Of a stretch of DNA of 58,621 nucleotides, positions 29,169 to 38,278 are shown in pieces. The stretch lies in NCBI GenBank assembly GCA_039714075.1, contig JBDLKA010000010.1:1-58621 (forward strand), read 5' to 3'. Positions within the stretch are counted from its first letter, which is position 1; every line of letters begins with the position of its first letter. This stretch comes from Candidatus Krumholzibacteriota bacterium. GTDB taxonomy: Bacteria; Krumholzibacteriota; Krumholzibacteriia; LZORAL124-64-63. The notes beneath the pieces were generated by a model, which did not search any database, was not told where the DNA came from, and saw only the letters and a list, made by a program, of their open reading frames with translations. The translations under genes were made by a program, and so were the position numbers.

Positions 29169-30293
29169 ATGGCCGTGACGATATCGCCCGTCGGCAACGA
29201 TAAATACGCCCTCCGGGAATTCCTGGACGTCCCCTACCGCATCTACCGCGACGATCCCCACTACGTGTTTCCCCTCCTGGACGAGATGAAACACTTTCAC
29301 GACAAGAAGAAGAACCCCTTCTACCGGCACGCGGTCGCCGAATTGTGGCTCGCCCGCGATGCCGGCCAGGTCGTCGGCCGCATCGGGGCGTGCGTGGACA
29401 GCTACAACAACGAGCACCAGAACGAGAAGGTCGGTTTCTTCGGCTTCTACGAGGTCGACGACAACCCGGCCGCCGCGGCCGCGCTGCTGGAAACCGCGCG
29501 CGCCTGGATCGCCGACCAGGGCATGCACACCATGCGCGGGCCGGGCTGCTTCACCTCGAACCACGATTGGTACGGCCTGCAGGTGGATGGAAAGTTCAAC
29601 CGTCCCGTCATCGGCATGCCCTACAACCCCCGGTACTACGAAAAGCAGTTCGAGAAATTCGGCCTGGCCGGCGCCAAGGACCTTTTCGCCTGGGAACTCC
29701 GGACCAAGGGGCAGTTGCCTGAAAAGATGCAGCGCCTCATCGACCGGATACTGGCCCGGCCGGGATTGGCCATCCGCTCCTTCGACATGAAGAACTTCAC
29801 CGCCGAGGCCTCGCTGGTCCGCGACCTCTACAACCGGACCTGGAGCGAGAACTGGGGCTTCATCCCCCTGGACGACGAGGACTTCTCCTACATGGCCAAG
29901 GACATGAAGTCGATGGTCGATCCGGAATACCTGCTGATCGCCGAGATGGAAGGTGTGCCCATCGGGTTTTCGCTGACCATCCCCGACTTCAACCAGGCCC
30001 TGCAGCCGCTGCGGGGCAAACTGCTGCCATTCGGCTGGTTGAAGTTCCTTCTGGGCAAACGGAAGATCGACTATGCGCGCACCATCCTGATGGGCGTTCT
30101 GCCGGAATTCCGCAAACTCGGGGTGGACATGGCCATGGTCTACCAGACCATGCGGGCCGGATTCGCCAAGGGCGTCACCTCGGGTGAGTGCTCCTGGATC
30201 CTGGCCGACAACGTACCCATGAACCGGATCCTGGAGGGATACGGGGCGGATATGTACAAGACCTATCGCATCTACGAGAAACAGGTGGGGTGA
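29169..30293 (+). CDS. Tandem-GNAT N-acyltransferase, bacterial ceramide synthase (bCerS)-like
   Basis: VVGRIGA, GFFGFYE, MRGP, MPYNPRYY, WSENWGFIP, PDFNQ, GVLPEFR.LG, SWILADN, YKTYRIYEK; directly follows spt. Confidence 0.75.
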   Translation: MAVTISPVGNDKYALREFLDVPYRIYRDDPHYVFPLLDEMKHFHDKKKNPFYRHAVAELWLARDAGQVVGRIGACVDSYNNEHQNEKVGFFGFYEVDDNPAAAAALLETARAWIADQGMHTMRGPGCFTSNHDWYGLQVDGKFNRPVIGMPYNPRYYEKQFEKFGLAGAKDLFAWELRTKGQLPEKMQRLIDRILARPGLAIRSFDMKNFTAEASLVRDLYNRTWSENWGFIPLDDEDFSYMAKDMKSMVDPEYLLIAEMEGVPIGFSLTIPDFNQALQPLRGKLLPFGWLKFLLGKRKIDYARTILMGVLPEFRKLGVDMAMVYQTMRAGFAKGVTSGECSWILADNVPMNRILEGYGADMYKTYRIYEKQVG

Positions 30294-31309
30294 AGCCCTC
30301 CGACGGCAGCTCCGGCACCGGTGGTCCGGTCATCGCCCTGACCGGCGCGACCGGGTTTCTGGGCAGCCATATCGCCGACACCCTGTTGGCCCGGGGTTTC
30401 GGTGTGCGGGCCTCGATCCGGCCGACCAGCAGCCTGCGCTGGCTGGACAACAAGCCCGTGGAAACCCGGCGGACCGATCTGACGGACCCCGACGACTGCC
30501 GCGGGTTTTTGGCCGGCACTTCCGGGCTGATCCATTGCGCGGGGGTGGTCTCCGCCCCCGCCAAAACCATCTACCACGTGGCCAACGTGACCAGCACCGC
30601 CCGCCTGCTTGAGGCCGCCGCCGCGGCCTGGAAAGAACAACGGGACACCAAAGCCTTCGTGCTGATTTCGAGTCTGGCCGCACACGGGCCGGCCGGACTG
30701 GAACGTCCCGCCCTGGAATCCGACCCCTGTCGGCCCATCACCGAGTACGGCCGTTCGAAACTGGCGGCCGAGGAACTCGTCTCGGCCGGAATGTGGCCCT
30801 TTCGCACGGCCACCCTGCGGCCCCCGTCGCTGTACGGTCCCCGGGACCGGGAGTTTCTGCCCTTGATCAAATTGGCCACCCACGGTTGGACAGGCCGTCT
30901 CGGGCGCCGGATGACCGGGCTTTCCCTGGTGGATGGGCGCGACGCCGCCGCCGCCGCGGTCGATCTGCTGGAAACCGACGCCGCCTCCGGTACGTTTTTC
31001 GTGGACGACGGCAAAACCGGCTACGACTGGTCCGCCCTGAACGCCGCCCTGGAAAAAATGGCCGGCCGCAGGGTCCGCACCATCCAGCTGCCTTTGGTAG
31101 TGCTGAAGATCCTGTCCTTTCTGGCCGGACGATCCCGGGCCGCCCGGTCACCGGTTCTGAACCGCGACCGGATTCGCGATCTGCAGACCGAAGGCTGGGT
31201 CTGCGACGGAGGCCGTCTGGCGGCGGCCACCGGATTCAGGGCCCGGCGGGACGCCGCCCGGGGATTTGCCGAGACCCTGGATTTCTACCGCGAGGAAGGC
31301 TGGCTTTGA
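30290..31309 (+). CDS. NAD-dependent epimerase/dehydratase family, ceramide reductase (CerR)-like
   Basis: TGATGFLG, HCAG, ISSLAA, YGRSKLAAE, RPPSLYGPRD; GTG start overlaps the GNAT stop. Confidence 0.75.
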   Translation: MKPSDGSSGTGGPVIALTGATGFLGSHIADTLLARGFGVRASIRPTSSLRWLDNKPVETRRTDLTDPDDCRGFLAGTSGLIHCAGVVSAPAKTIYHVANVTSTARLLEAAAAAWKEQRDTKAFVLISSLAAHGPAGLERPALESDPCRPITEYGRSKLAAEELVSAGMWPFRTATLRPPSLYGPRDREFLPLIKLATHGWTGRLGRRMTGLSLVDGRDAAAAAVDLLETDAASGTFFVDDGKTGYDWSALNAALEKMAGRRVRTIQLPLVVLKILSFLAGRSRAARSPVLNRDRIRDLQTEGWVCDGGRLAAATGFRARRDAARGFAETLDFYREEGWL

Positions 31310-32229
31310 ACGTCCGCCGGAAACTGATCGACCTGTCCCTGCGGCGGATGAACATCGACCGCTGGGCCGTGATCTATCTGCTGATCAGCGCCTTCTACCC
31401 GGTTCTCAAACCCTCGGTGTTTCCCGACCCCTGGGCCAACGCCCTGCTGCACGGGGGCCTGGCCCTGTTCATCTGGTTCGTCCCGCCGCTCCTGCGCTGC
31501 AGCAAGCACTTTCTTTTGCGCCTGCTGGGCGAAATCTATCTGCCGTTCATCTTCCCCATGTTCTACGCGGAAATGAAGTATCTGGGCATCATCTTCTTCG
31601 ATTTCGAGAAAAGCCTGGACCCGGCGCTGATACGTCTCGAGGAATGGATCTTCGGGTTCCAGCCCAGCCTGGAATGGTCCCGCGCCTGGCCCTGGCCCTG
31701 GTTCCACGAGCTGATGGAATTCGCCTATTTCACCTACTACTTCCTGGCGGCCGGTTTCCTGCTGCTGGTATTTCGTTCACGCAATCTGGAAGATCACCAG
31801 AGGTGGGAAACGGCGCGGGCCTTCGTCCGGGACCTGAGCCTGACCATGCTGATCTGCTACACCATGTACACCCTGTTTCCCGCCTGGGGACCGAAGTATT
31901 TCCGGGCCGGCTACGTCGAGGTTCCGGGGTGGATCTTCACGGACATCATGCGCCACATCCACGAAAACGGGGCCCTGCTGGGCGCGGCTTTTCCCTCCAG
32001 CCACGTGGCCGCCTCCATGGTTCCGTGGTGGCATACCTGGAGCAACTTTCCCCGCCACCGCTGGTGGATGACCACCATCTTCGTCCTGCTGTGCATGTCC
32101 ACCGTCTACAACCGGTACCACTACGTGGTCGATGTCTTCGCGGGCCTCCTGCTCGGGGGGCTGGTCATGTATTTCGGCCACCGGTTGGGTGATGCGGCGA
32201 GGGATCGCCTGAAGTACCGCCTGCGCTAG
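31306..32229 (+). CDS. PAP2-superfamily membrane phosphotransferase, AUR1/IPT1 (inositol phosphorylceramide synthase)-like
   Basis: Multiple TM helices; LFPAWGP, AAFPSSHVA, NRYHYVVDVFAG; TTG start overlaps the upstream stop. Confidence 0.75.
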   Translation: MNVRRKLIDLSLRRMNIDRWAVIYLLISAFYPVLKPSVFPDPWANALLHGGLALFIWFVPPLLRCSKHFLLRLLGEIYLPFIFPMFYAEMKYLGIIFFDFEKSLDPALIRLEEWIFGFQPSLEWSRAWPWPWFHELMEFAYFTYYFLAAGFLLLVFRSRNLEDHQRWETARAFVRDLSLTMLICYTMYTLFPAWGPKYFRAGYVEVPGWIFTDIMRHIHENGALLGAAFPSSHVAASMVPWWHTWSNFPRHRWWMTTIFVLLCMSTVYNRYHYVVDVFAGLLLGGLVMYFGHRLGDAARDRLKYRLR

Positions 32230-32243
32230 GCCGGGGAATGAAA

Positions 32244-32271
32244 AAGGAGGTGCCTGCAGGGGCACCTCCTT
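32244..32271. terminator. Intrinsic terminator between convergent operons
   Basis: aaggaggtgcc-tgcagg-ggcacctcctt, preceded by an A-run (U-tail on the minus strand). Confidence 0.75.
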
Positions 32272-32423
32272 GAAAATTCGTGGTCGCGACCGATTTGCCG
32301 TTGGTCAGGCGAGCCACCGGTTCCCGGCCAAAAAAGCCGAAACTTTCTTGCACCGAGAAAGAAACTATATCACAATTTTTTAAACTTTTCAACAATTTTG
32401 CAGACGCACGGCCGCAGACAGGA

Positions 32424-32639
32424 TCAGCCTCAGGTGAAGCCGCCCGTGCCGCATCCACCGCCGCCGGTAAACCCGCCCGCCGAATCCGACGCCCCGGTGG
32501 CGAAAGCGGAAAAACCTCTCTCGACCTGCCTGGATCCACAGGCCGGACACTTGAACTTCCCGGCCTCGAGTTCGGCCAGGGAAATCAGCTCTTCAAAACC
32601 ATGCCGGCATTTGCGGCAGGTGAATTCGAATAAAGGCAC
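32424..32639 (-). CDS. FmdB-family zinc-ribbon protein, possibly with penultimate selenocysteine (…GCGTGGFT-U-G-stop); ends at 32430 if the first UGA is a stop
   Basis: MPLFEFTCRKC...CPACGS; ends TGA GGC TGA; AGGAGG RBS. Confidence 0.85.
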
Positions 32640-32672
32640 CCGAATACCTCCTGGTCACGGGTAGGCAAGCTA

Positions 32673-32855
32673 TTAACCCTGTTTTTGGTCTTTGGAGTCT
32701 GGATCCGTGCCTTGGTCGGAGTCCTGATCCGGCGATGGTTCCCGGTCACCGACCGAGCAGTTGGCGGGGCCTCAGCCGGGCTGGATGCCCAGCCGGGGAA
32801 ACACGAACTGCACGATGATGAAGTACAGGACCACGAACAGTATGAATTTTTCCAT
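32673..32855 (-). CDS. Small membrane protein with in-frame UGA, candidate selenoprotein (60 aa with readthrough, 27 aa without)
   Basis: Not in ORF track. Hand translation: MEKFILFVVLYFIIVQFVFPRLGIQPG-UGA-GPANCSVGDREPSPDQDSDQGTDPDSKDQKQG-TAA. GGAGAG RBS; SECIS-like hairpin after the UGA. Confidence 0.65.
32741..32757 (-). promoter_or_regulatory. Bacterial SECIS-like stem-loop
   Basis: On the mRNA: CUCGGUC-GGU-GACCGGG, starting 14 nt after the UGA at 32772-32774; apical loop begins with G. Confidence 0.55.
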
Positions 32856-32964
32856 GCGCGGTCCACTCTCCCCGGACCTTCCCGGCCCCCGGTTTCTTAC
32901 ATGCGAAGTTTATTGACTAGTAAAGTAGTACAGAATCCGGCCCTGTCAAGACCCGCTCTGCCGT

Positions 32965-33777
32965 TCAAAAGGTCCCTTTGACCCAGCCACCGTCCGAAAC
33001 AATGCATTGGCCGGTGATGTAGCCCGCTTGCGCGGACATGAGAAACAGGATCAGGGCCGCCAGTTCTTCCGGTTCCCCCAGGCGGCCCAGGGGAATCTCG
33101 GCCGACCATTCGGCCAGAACATCGTCCCGGGAACAGCCGGTCTGGTCGATTTTTTTCGCGATTAACCGCTCCACCGCGCTGGTGGTGTGGTAACCCGGAG
33201 CAACCGAATTGACCGTCACCCCGCGGGGCCCCCCTTCCAGGGCGAGATTCCGGGTCAGGGCGTGCACCGCCGGCCGCATCACGCTGGACAGCAGCAGGTT
33301 TTCCACCGGCTGCAGGACACTGACCGAAGTGAGCTGCACGATGCGACCCCAGCCGCGGGTCATCATGCCCGGCATCACCAGGCGGCACATCCGCACCGCG
33401 CTCTCCAGGGTCAGCCGGTAGGCCGCTTCCCACTGGTCCAGGTCCAATTCCGCAAAAGTCCCAGCGGGCGGTCCCCCGGCGTTGACCAGCAGCAGGTCGA
33501 TGCCGCCCCAATCGTGTTCGAGGTCGGCCGCGAAACCGGCCATGGCGGCATCGTCGGTCACATCCAGGGCGCGCGTGACCACCTCACCTCCGGCACCGCC
33601 GAAAACCCTTTGGCCGGAGGTCTTTACCTCTTCTGCGGCCTCTTCCAGATCGCTTTCACCGCGCGCGCACATGGCCACGCGGGCGCCTTCGGCGGCCAGT
33701 TGCAGGGCCACCGCTTTCCCGAATCCTCTCGAGGCCGCCGTCACCAGGGCGGTCTTGCCTTTGAGTCCCAAATCCAT
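32965..33777 (-). CDS. Short-chain dehydrogenase/reductase (FabG-like)
   Basis: MDLGLKGKTALVTAASRGFG, VNAGGPP, VNSVAPG, GRLGEPEE, ITGQ..DGG. Confidence 0.9.
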   Translation of the reverse strand: MDLGLKGKTALVTAASRGFGKAVALQLAAEGARVAMCARGESDLEEAAEEVKTSGQRVFGGAGGEVVTRALDVTDDAAMAGFAADLEHDWGGIDLLLVNAGGPPAGTFAELDLDQWEAAYRLTLESAVRMCRLVMPGMMTRGWGRIVQLTSVSVLQPVENLLLSSVMRPAVHALTRNLALEGGPRGVTVNSVAPGYHTTSAVERLIAKKIDQTGCSRDDVLAEWSAEIPLGRLGEPEELAALILFLMSAQAGYITGQCIVSDGGWVKGTF

Positions 33778-33933
33778 CTTTTAACCCAACATTCAAGGTT
33801 TCCCTGCCATTGCCGATAATCCGTGCGTGGGCGGTTTTCAGCCCCCTTCAGTTTAGGCAAAACGGGGATTTTGTCACCCGAAGAGTGAATTTATACGTGT
33901 GGCCGGGGATTCGTGCGCGGAGGAAGATCCTGA

Positions 33934-35592
33934 ATGAGTGATAACCAGCAAACACCTCTGGAACGCTACGTCACCAAACGTGGCGGAGACGTCAACACCG
34001 CCTTTCAGGACCTGGGAGAAAACCTGCCCGGCCACACCATGATCCGCGTCGCCTCGTGGCTGGTCATTCTCGGTTTCGCCGCCTATCTCCTCATCCCCAG
34101 GACTCCGGCTCCGCTGCAACTGACCTATGAGATGGATCTGGAAAACGCTCCCGAAGGCAGCCTGGTCATTACCCTGATCACCGAGGGCGACCTGCCCCGC
34201 AACCTGAATCTGGAGTTCCCCCCCGGCGTGTTCGGCGATGCCATGAACGGGGTCAATCCCCACAGCGCCACGGCCAACGTACTGAATCCCGACGGCAGCC
34301 AGGGAAAATCCCTGGCGGTCAAGAGAACGCCCGACGGTTGGGACGTCGCCACCAAGGGAGCCAAGCGGGCCGGGTTCATCTACCAGGTGGACCTGAACCA
34401 TGTCCAGGGATTGGACGGGAATGTCCGGCATCACATATCCACCCCGGTGACGGGCGGCCTGCGGGTCGCCGGCTTCGAGGTGTTCCTCCAGCCGGTCGGC
34501 CGGGAAGTCGGCGACATCACCGTCACCCTGCACAACCCCGAAAACATCCAGGTGCTCGTACCCTGGCCCGCCCTGGTCCAGAACGGCCATTTGCCATCGC
34601 CGCCGTCCCCGGCGCCCAAACCGGTCCAGCAGGCCAACGTCAGTCCGGGCCAGGGGTATCTGCCCGCCGAGGGCGTGACCCCGCCGGAAGACCAGGATCC
34701 CGGCCAGGCCCCCGCCACACGTTCGGTGCCATCGAACCTCCTGTTTCATCCCCAGGATCTGGAAGACCTCAACAACGCGCTGCTGATCTGTGGCGACATC
34801 CAGGTGATTTCGACCCAGGTCCGCGAAACGGTCGTCCAGCTGGCGACCGACCACCAGTGGCAGTTCCCCTTCGGCAGCGCCCTGGACATGGTCCGGCGCA
34901 TCGCCCGGACCGAGATGGGCTTTTTCGGCACCGCGCCGACCTCCCAGATCACGGTCATCCTTTCGGCGAACAAGATCACCGGCAGGGATAAATTCGATAT
35001 CTACGGGGTCCACACCGGAAGTTCCGTGCTGGTGATGATGGATGCGGACACCACCTGGGAAGAACTCGAAGACCAGTGCGCGAGCGTCATCGCCCACGAG
35101 ATGTTCCACGGTTGGCTGGGCGAGGCGATCCCCCAGAAAGACCCGGACATGCTGTGGTTCACCGAAGGCGCCGCCACCTGGTATGCCGCCCGGATGCTGA
35201 CCGCCGCCGGTATCTGGACTCCCGACCACTCCCGCGCCGTTCTCCAGACGCGCATGGAAAGGGACTACAAACTGAGCCCCCTGAAAACCCAGATGTCCGT
35301 GGGCGCGGCCGCCGCCGATGTGATGGCGAGTCCCGACCAGGTTCGTTTCGCCTACGCCGGTGCGATCAACGCCTGCATGAACCTGGATCAGTGGCTTTCC
35401 GAACAGACCGGGAAAACCCGGCCTCTGGATCAGGTCCTGCGGCATCTCTACGAGAACAGGGACGGCTCGCCCCTGACGCGGCTGGCCTTCGAGACCGCGG
35501 TCCTCGAGGCCACCGGTGTCGACTGTTCCGTTTGGTTGGATGATTATGTCTACAAGAAAACTACCTTGCCCGCTGCTATTCGCTTGATATAA
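33934..35592 (+). CDS. Membrane-anchored gluzincin metallopeptidase (M61/M1-like)
   Basis: N-terminal TM segment; IAHEMFHGW...LWFTEGAATWY; Pro-rich insert. Confidence 0.72.
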   Translation: MSDNQQTPLERYVTKRGGDVNTAFQDLGENLPGHTMIRVASWLVILGFAAYLLIPRTPAPLQLTYEMDLENAPEGSLVITLITEGDLPRNLNLEFPPGVFGDAMNGVNPHSATANVLNPDGSQGKSLAVKRTPDGWDVATKGAKRAGFIYQVDLNHVQGLDGNVRHHISTPVTGGLRVAGFEVFLQPVGREVGDITVTLHNPENIQVLVPWPALVQNGHLPSPPSPAPKPVQQANVSPGQGYLPAEGVTPPEDQDPGQAPATRSVPSNLLFHPQDLEDLNNALLICGDIQVISTQVRETVVQLATDHQWQFPFGSALDMVRRIARTEMGFFGTAPTSQITVILSANKITGRDKFDIYGVHTGSSVLVMMDADTTWEELEDQCASVIAHEMFHGWLGEAIPQKDPDMLWFTEGAATWYAARMLTAAGIWTPDHSRAVLQTRMERDYKLSPLKTQMSVGAAAADVMASPDQVRFAYAGAINACMNLDQWLSEQTGKTRPLDQVLRHLYENRDGSPLTRLAFETAVLEATGVDCSVWLDDYVYKKTTLPAAIRLI

Positions 35593-35769
35593 CTTTCCTT
35601 TGGGAGAAAGGGTGCCCCCCTCATTTCGGGGCGTCATGGAGGGGCCGCAGCCATGGATGGCGGAGGCCCCGGAATGCCGAGCCATTCCGCCACAGGAGGT
35701 GGCGGAACGGCGCCCCCGAAATGAGGGGGGCACCCTTTCTCCCAAAGGAAAGTCATATCAAGGCGAATA
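35577..35769. mobile_element. MITE/REP-like palindromic element with about 57-bp terminal inverted repeats
   Basis: Left arm tattcgcttgatataactttcctttgggagaaagggtgcccccctcatttcggggcg is a near-perfect reverse complement of 35711-35769; internal hairpins around gccatggatggc and ttccgccac...gtggcggaa. Confidence 0.7.
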
Positions 35770-35789
35770 CACTCAAAGTGGGTTTGGGC

Positions 35790-37496
35790 ATGGGTCAGGA
35801 TAAGAAGTTCACAAGGACACTCGTAACCAGCGCATTGCCCTATGCCAACGGGGAGATTCACCTGGGGCATCTGGCGGGGGCTTACCTGCCGGCGGATATC
35901 TACGTGCGGTTTTTGCGGATGCGGGGGGAAGAGGTCCTGTACATCTGCGGCAGCGACGAATACGGGGTGCCCATTACCCTGACCGCGGAGAAAGAAGGGA
36001 TCTCGCCCAAGGAACTCGTGGACAGGAACCATGCGTCCATCAAGAAGTCCTTCGCGGGGTTCGGCATGAGCTTCGACAACTTCAGCCAGACCAGCCGGGA
36101 CATTCACGCCGAAACGGCCCAGGCCTTCTTCGAGGACCTGCACGGCCAGGGGCTTTTCAAACAGAAGACCACCGACCAGTATTTCAGTCCTACCCAGAAA
36201 CGATTCCTGCCCGACCGGTACATCGAAGGAACGTGCCCCAGATGCAAGACCGAGGGCGCCCGGGGCGGCGAATGCGAAAGCTGCATGGCCACCTTCAGCC
36301 CCACCGAACTGATCGATCCGCACAGCGTCCTGGACAACAGCCCCCTCGAACTGCGGCCCACCACCCACTGGTTCCTGCCCATGGGCGACTGGCAGGACAA
36401 GCTGGCCGCCTACATCGACGACCATCCCGAGTGGAAGGACAACGTGAAGCAGTACTGCCGGGGCTACTTCGAAAGCGGCTTGCAGGACCGCGCCATGACC
36501 CGGGACCTGGGTTGGGGCGTGCCGGTGCCCCTGCCCGACCACGAGGGCAAGGTGATGTTCGTGTGGTTCGAAGCACCCATCGGCTACATTTCCTCCACGC
36601 GCGAGTGGGCCGCCGACCAGGGCGATCCCGAAGCCTGGAAAACCTGGTGGCAGGATTCCGAAACGCGTCTGATCCACTTCATCGGCAAGGACAACATTTT
36701 TTTCCACGCCATGCTGTTCCCCGCCATGCTCATGGCCCACAGCGAGGATTACGTCGTGGCGGACAACGTTCCGGCCAACGAGTTCCTGAACCTGGAAGGG
36801 CAAAAACTATCGACCAGCCGGGGTTTCGCCGTGTGGCTGCCCGAGTTCCTGGAGAAATTCCAGGCCGACCCCCTGCGCTACACCCTGGCCCGCAACGCCC
36901 CCGAGACCCGGGACATGAACTTCACCTGGGAAGGATTCCAGGCCCGCAACAACAACGAACTGGGCAACAACTTCGGCAACCTGATCAACCGGGTCTTCAC
37001 CTTCATCCACAAGTATTTCGACGGCGTGGTGCCCCAGTGGTCGGAAGACATGATGACCGATCTGGATCGGCAGGCCCTGGCCGATGTGAAGGCCGACCTG
37101 GAAAAATGGGCCGGCCACATGGAAAAGTTCGAAATCAAGGCCGCCCTGGAGGTCTGCTTCCACGCCGGACAGACCGGCAACCGCTACTTCGACGAGTCGG
37201 CCCCCTTCAAATCGCGGAAGACCGACATGGAACGCTGCGGGCACAGCCTGGGCGTCATCGTCCAGATCCTGCGCATGCTGGCCCTGATGCTGGCGCCGGT
37301 GGTTCCGTTCGGCATGGAAAAGCTGTGGAGCTGGTTGGGCATGGAGACGGATCTATGGCGGAACGGCTGGGCCGAAGGCACCCGCGACATCCCTTCGGGA
37401 AGGCCCCTGGGCAAGCCGGAAATCCTTTTCCCGCGGCTGGACGACGACCTGATTCAGCCGGAGATCGAACGTTTGAACCGGATGCTGGAAGACTGA
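35790..37496 (+). CDS. metG: Methionine--tRNA ligase (no C-terminal tRNA-binding OB domain)
   Basis: TSALPYANGEIHLGH, CGSDEYG, zinc knuckle CPRC/CESC, FIGKDNIFFH, KLSTSRG; ATG at 35790. Confidence 0.96.
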   Translation: MGQDKKFTRTLVTSALPYANGEIHLGHLAGAYLPADIYVRFLRMRGEEVLYICGSDEYGVPITLTAEKEGISPKELVDRNHASIKKSFAGFGMSFDNFSQTSRDIHAETAQAFFEDLHGQGLFKQKTTDQYFSPTQKRFLPDRYIEGTCPRCKTEGARGGECESCMATFSPTELIDPHSVLDNSPLELRPTTHWFLPMGDWQDKLAAYIDDHPEWKDNVKQYCRGYFESGLQDRAMTRDLGWGVPVPLPDHEGKVMFVWFEAPIGYISSTREWAADQGDPEAWKTWWQDSETRLIHFIGKDNIFFHAMLFPAMLMAHSEDYVVADNVPANEFLNLEGQKLSTSRGFAVWLPEFLEKFQADPLRYTLARNAPETRDMNFTWEGFQARNNNELGNNFGNLINRVFTFIHKYFDGVVPQWSEDMMTDLDRQALADVKADLEKWAGHMEKFEIKAALEVCFHAGQTGNRYFDESAPFKSRKTDMERCGHSLGVIVQILRMLALMLAPVVPFGMEKLWSWLGMETDLWRNGWAEGTRDIPSGRPLGKPEILFPRLDDDLIQPEIERLNRMLED

Positions 37497-37542
37497 CCCG
37501 ACGGCCGGCCGCACGGTCCGGGAACGGCCCGCACGGGGTTTC

Positions 37543-38259
37543 CTATTCGGCGAACACGTACTTGAGCCCCGCCTTGACGATATAGCCCGTGTAATCCAGG
37601 GCCAGGGCCGAGCCGTCATCCTTGAGGGCGGGACGGCCTTCGTATTTGACATCCTTGACGGTCGCGTCACGCCAGCCGACGGTCACCTCGATGATGGTGG
37701 ATTCGCCCACCGCAAAATCCATCAGCCCCATGAATTCCAGGGCCAGCGCCGCCGAACCGGTGGTGTCGCCCTGGCCGTAGTTCACGTTGTTTGCGCCCGT
37801 CAGCCTGACCTTGCCGGCGGCGAAGGCCGGGCCCATACCGGCTACCGCACCGAAGTCGAATTTTCCCACGTGAAGCGCCCGCCAGTACAGGTGGCCCATG
37901 AAGAAGTTGGCGTCCAGGTTGAGGTCCGCGGTCACGTCCTGGTCGGTGCCGTCGACGCGGGCATACTGCCGGTCCCAGGAAAAGCCCAGGGAAAAAGCGG
38001 GCGACAGGTCGTAACCCAGGTGGAAGGACAGGGAGAAACCCGCATCCAGGTCGGGAAAATTGAATCCCTCGATGGTGTAATCGTAGAAGCGGAAATCCTG
38101 ATTGTTGATGTCGTCCATGGCCATGCCGCTGACGCCGCCGGCCACCTTGAACCAGCTGCCGGCCCGGGCCTGGCCCGGCAGGGCGGCCGCCAGGATGACA
38201 ACCACTGCGGTTAAGGCCAGGGCCCTTGTCACCCGAACAATCGCATGTTTGCCGTTCAC
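37543..38259 (-). CDS. Outer-membrane beta-barrel protein (OmpA/porin-like)
   Basis: Signal peptide (…GQARA), amphipathic strands, C-terminal KAGLKYVF; GTG start at 38259. Confidence 0.7.
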   Translation of the reverse strand: MNGKHAIVRVTRALALTAVVVILAAALPGQARAGSWFKVAGGVSGMAMDDINNQDFRFYDYTIEGFNFPDLDAGFSLSFHLGYDLSPAFSLGFSWDRQYARVDGTDQDVTADLNLDANFFMGHLYWRALHVGKFDFGAVAGMGPAFAAGKVRLTGANNVNYGQGDTTGSAALALEFMGLMDFAVGESTIIEVTVGWRDATVKDVKYEGRPALKDDGSALALDYTGYIVKAGLKYVFAE

Positions 38260-38278
38260 TTTTCTCTCCCTTGGAAAA

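Noticed and set aside
32965..33777. SDR as a 3-ketosphinganine reductase of the sphingolipid cluster
   Set aside because: It is on the opposite strand in a separate unit, belongs to a generic FabG-like subfamily, and the operon already has a CerR-like reductase.
35600..35803. ORFs on both strands beginning MGERVPPSFRG
   Set aside because: Artefact of the inverted repeat element, not a duplicated gene.
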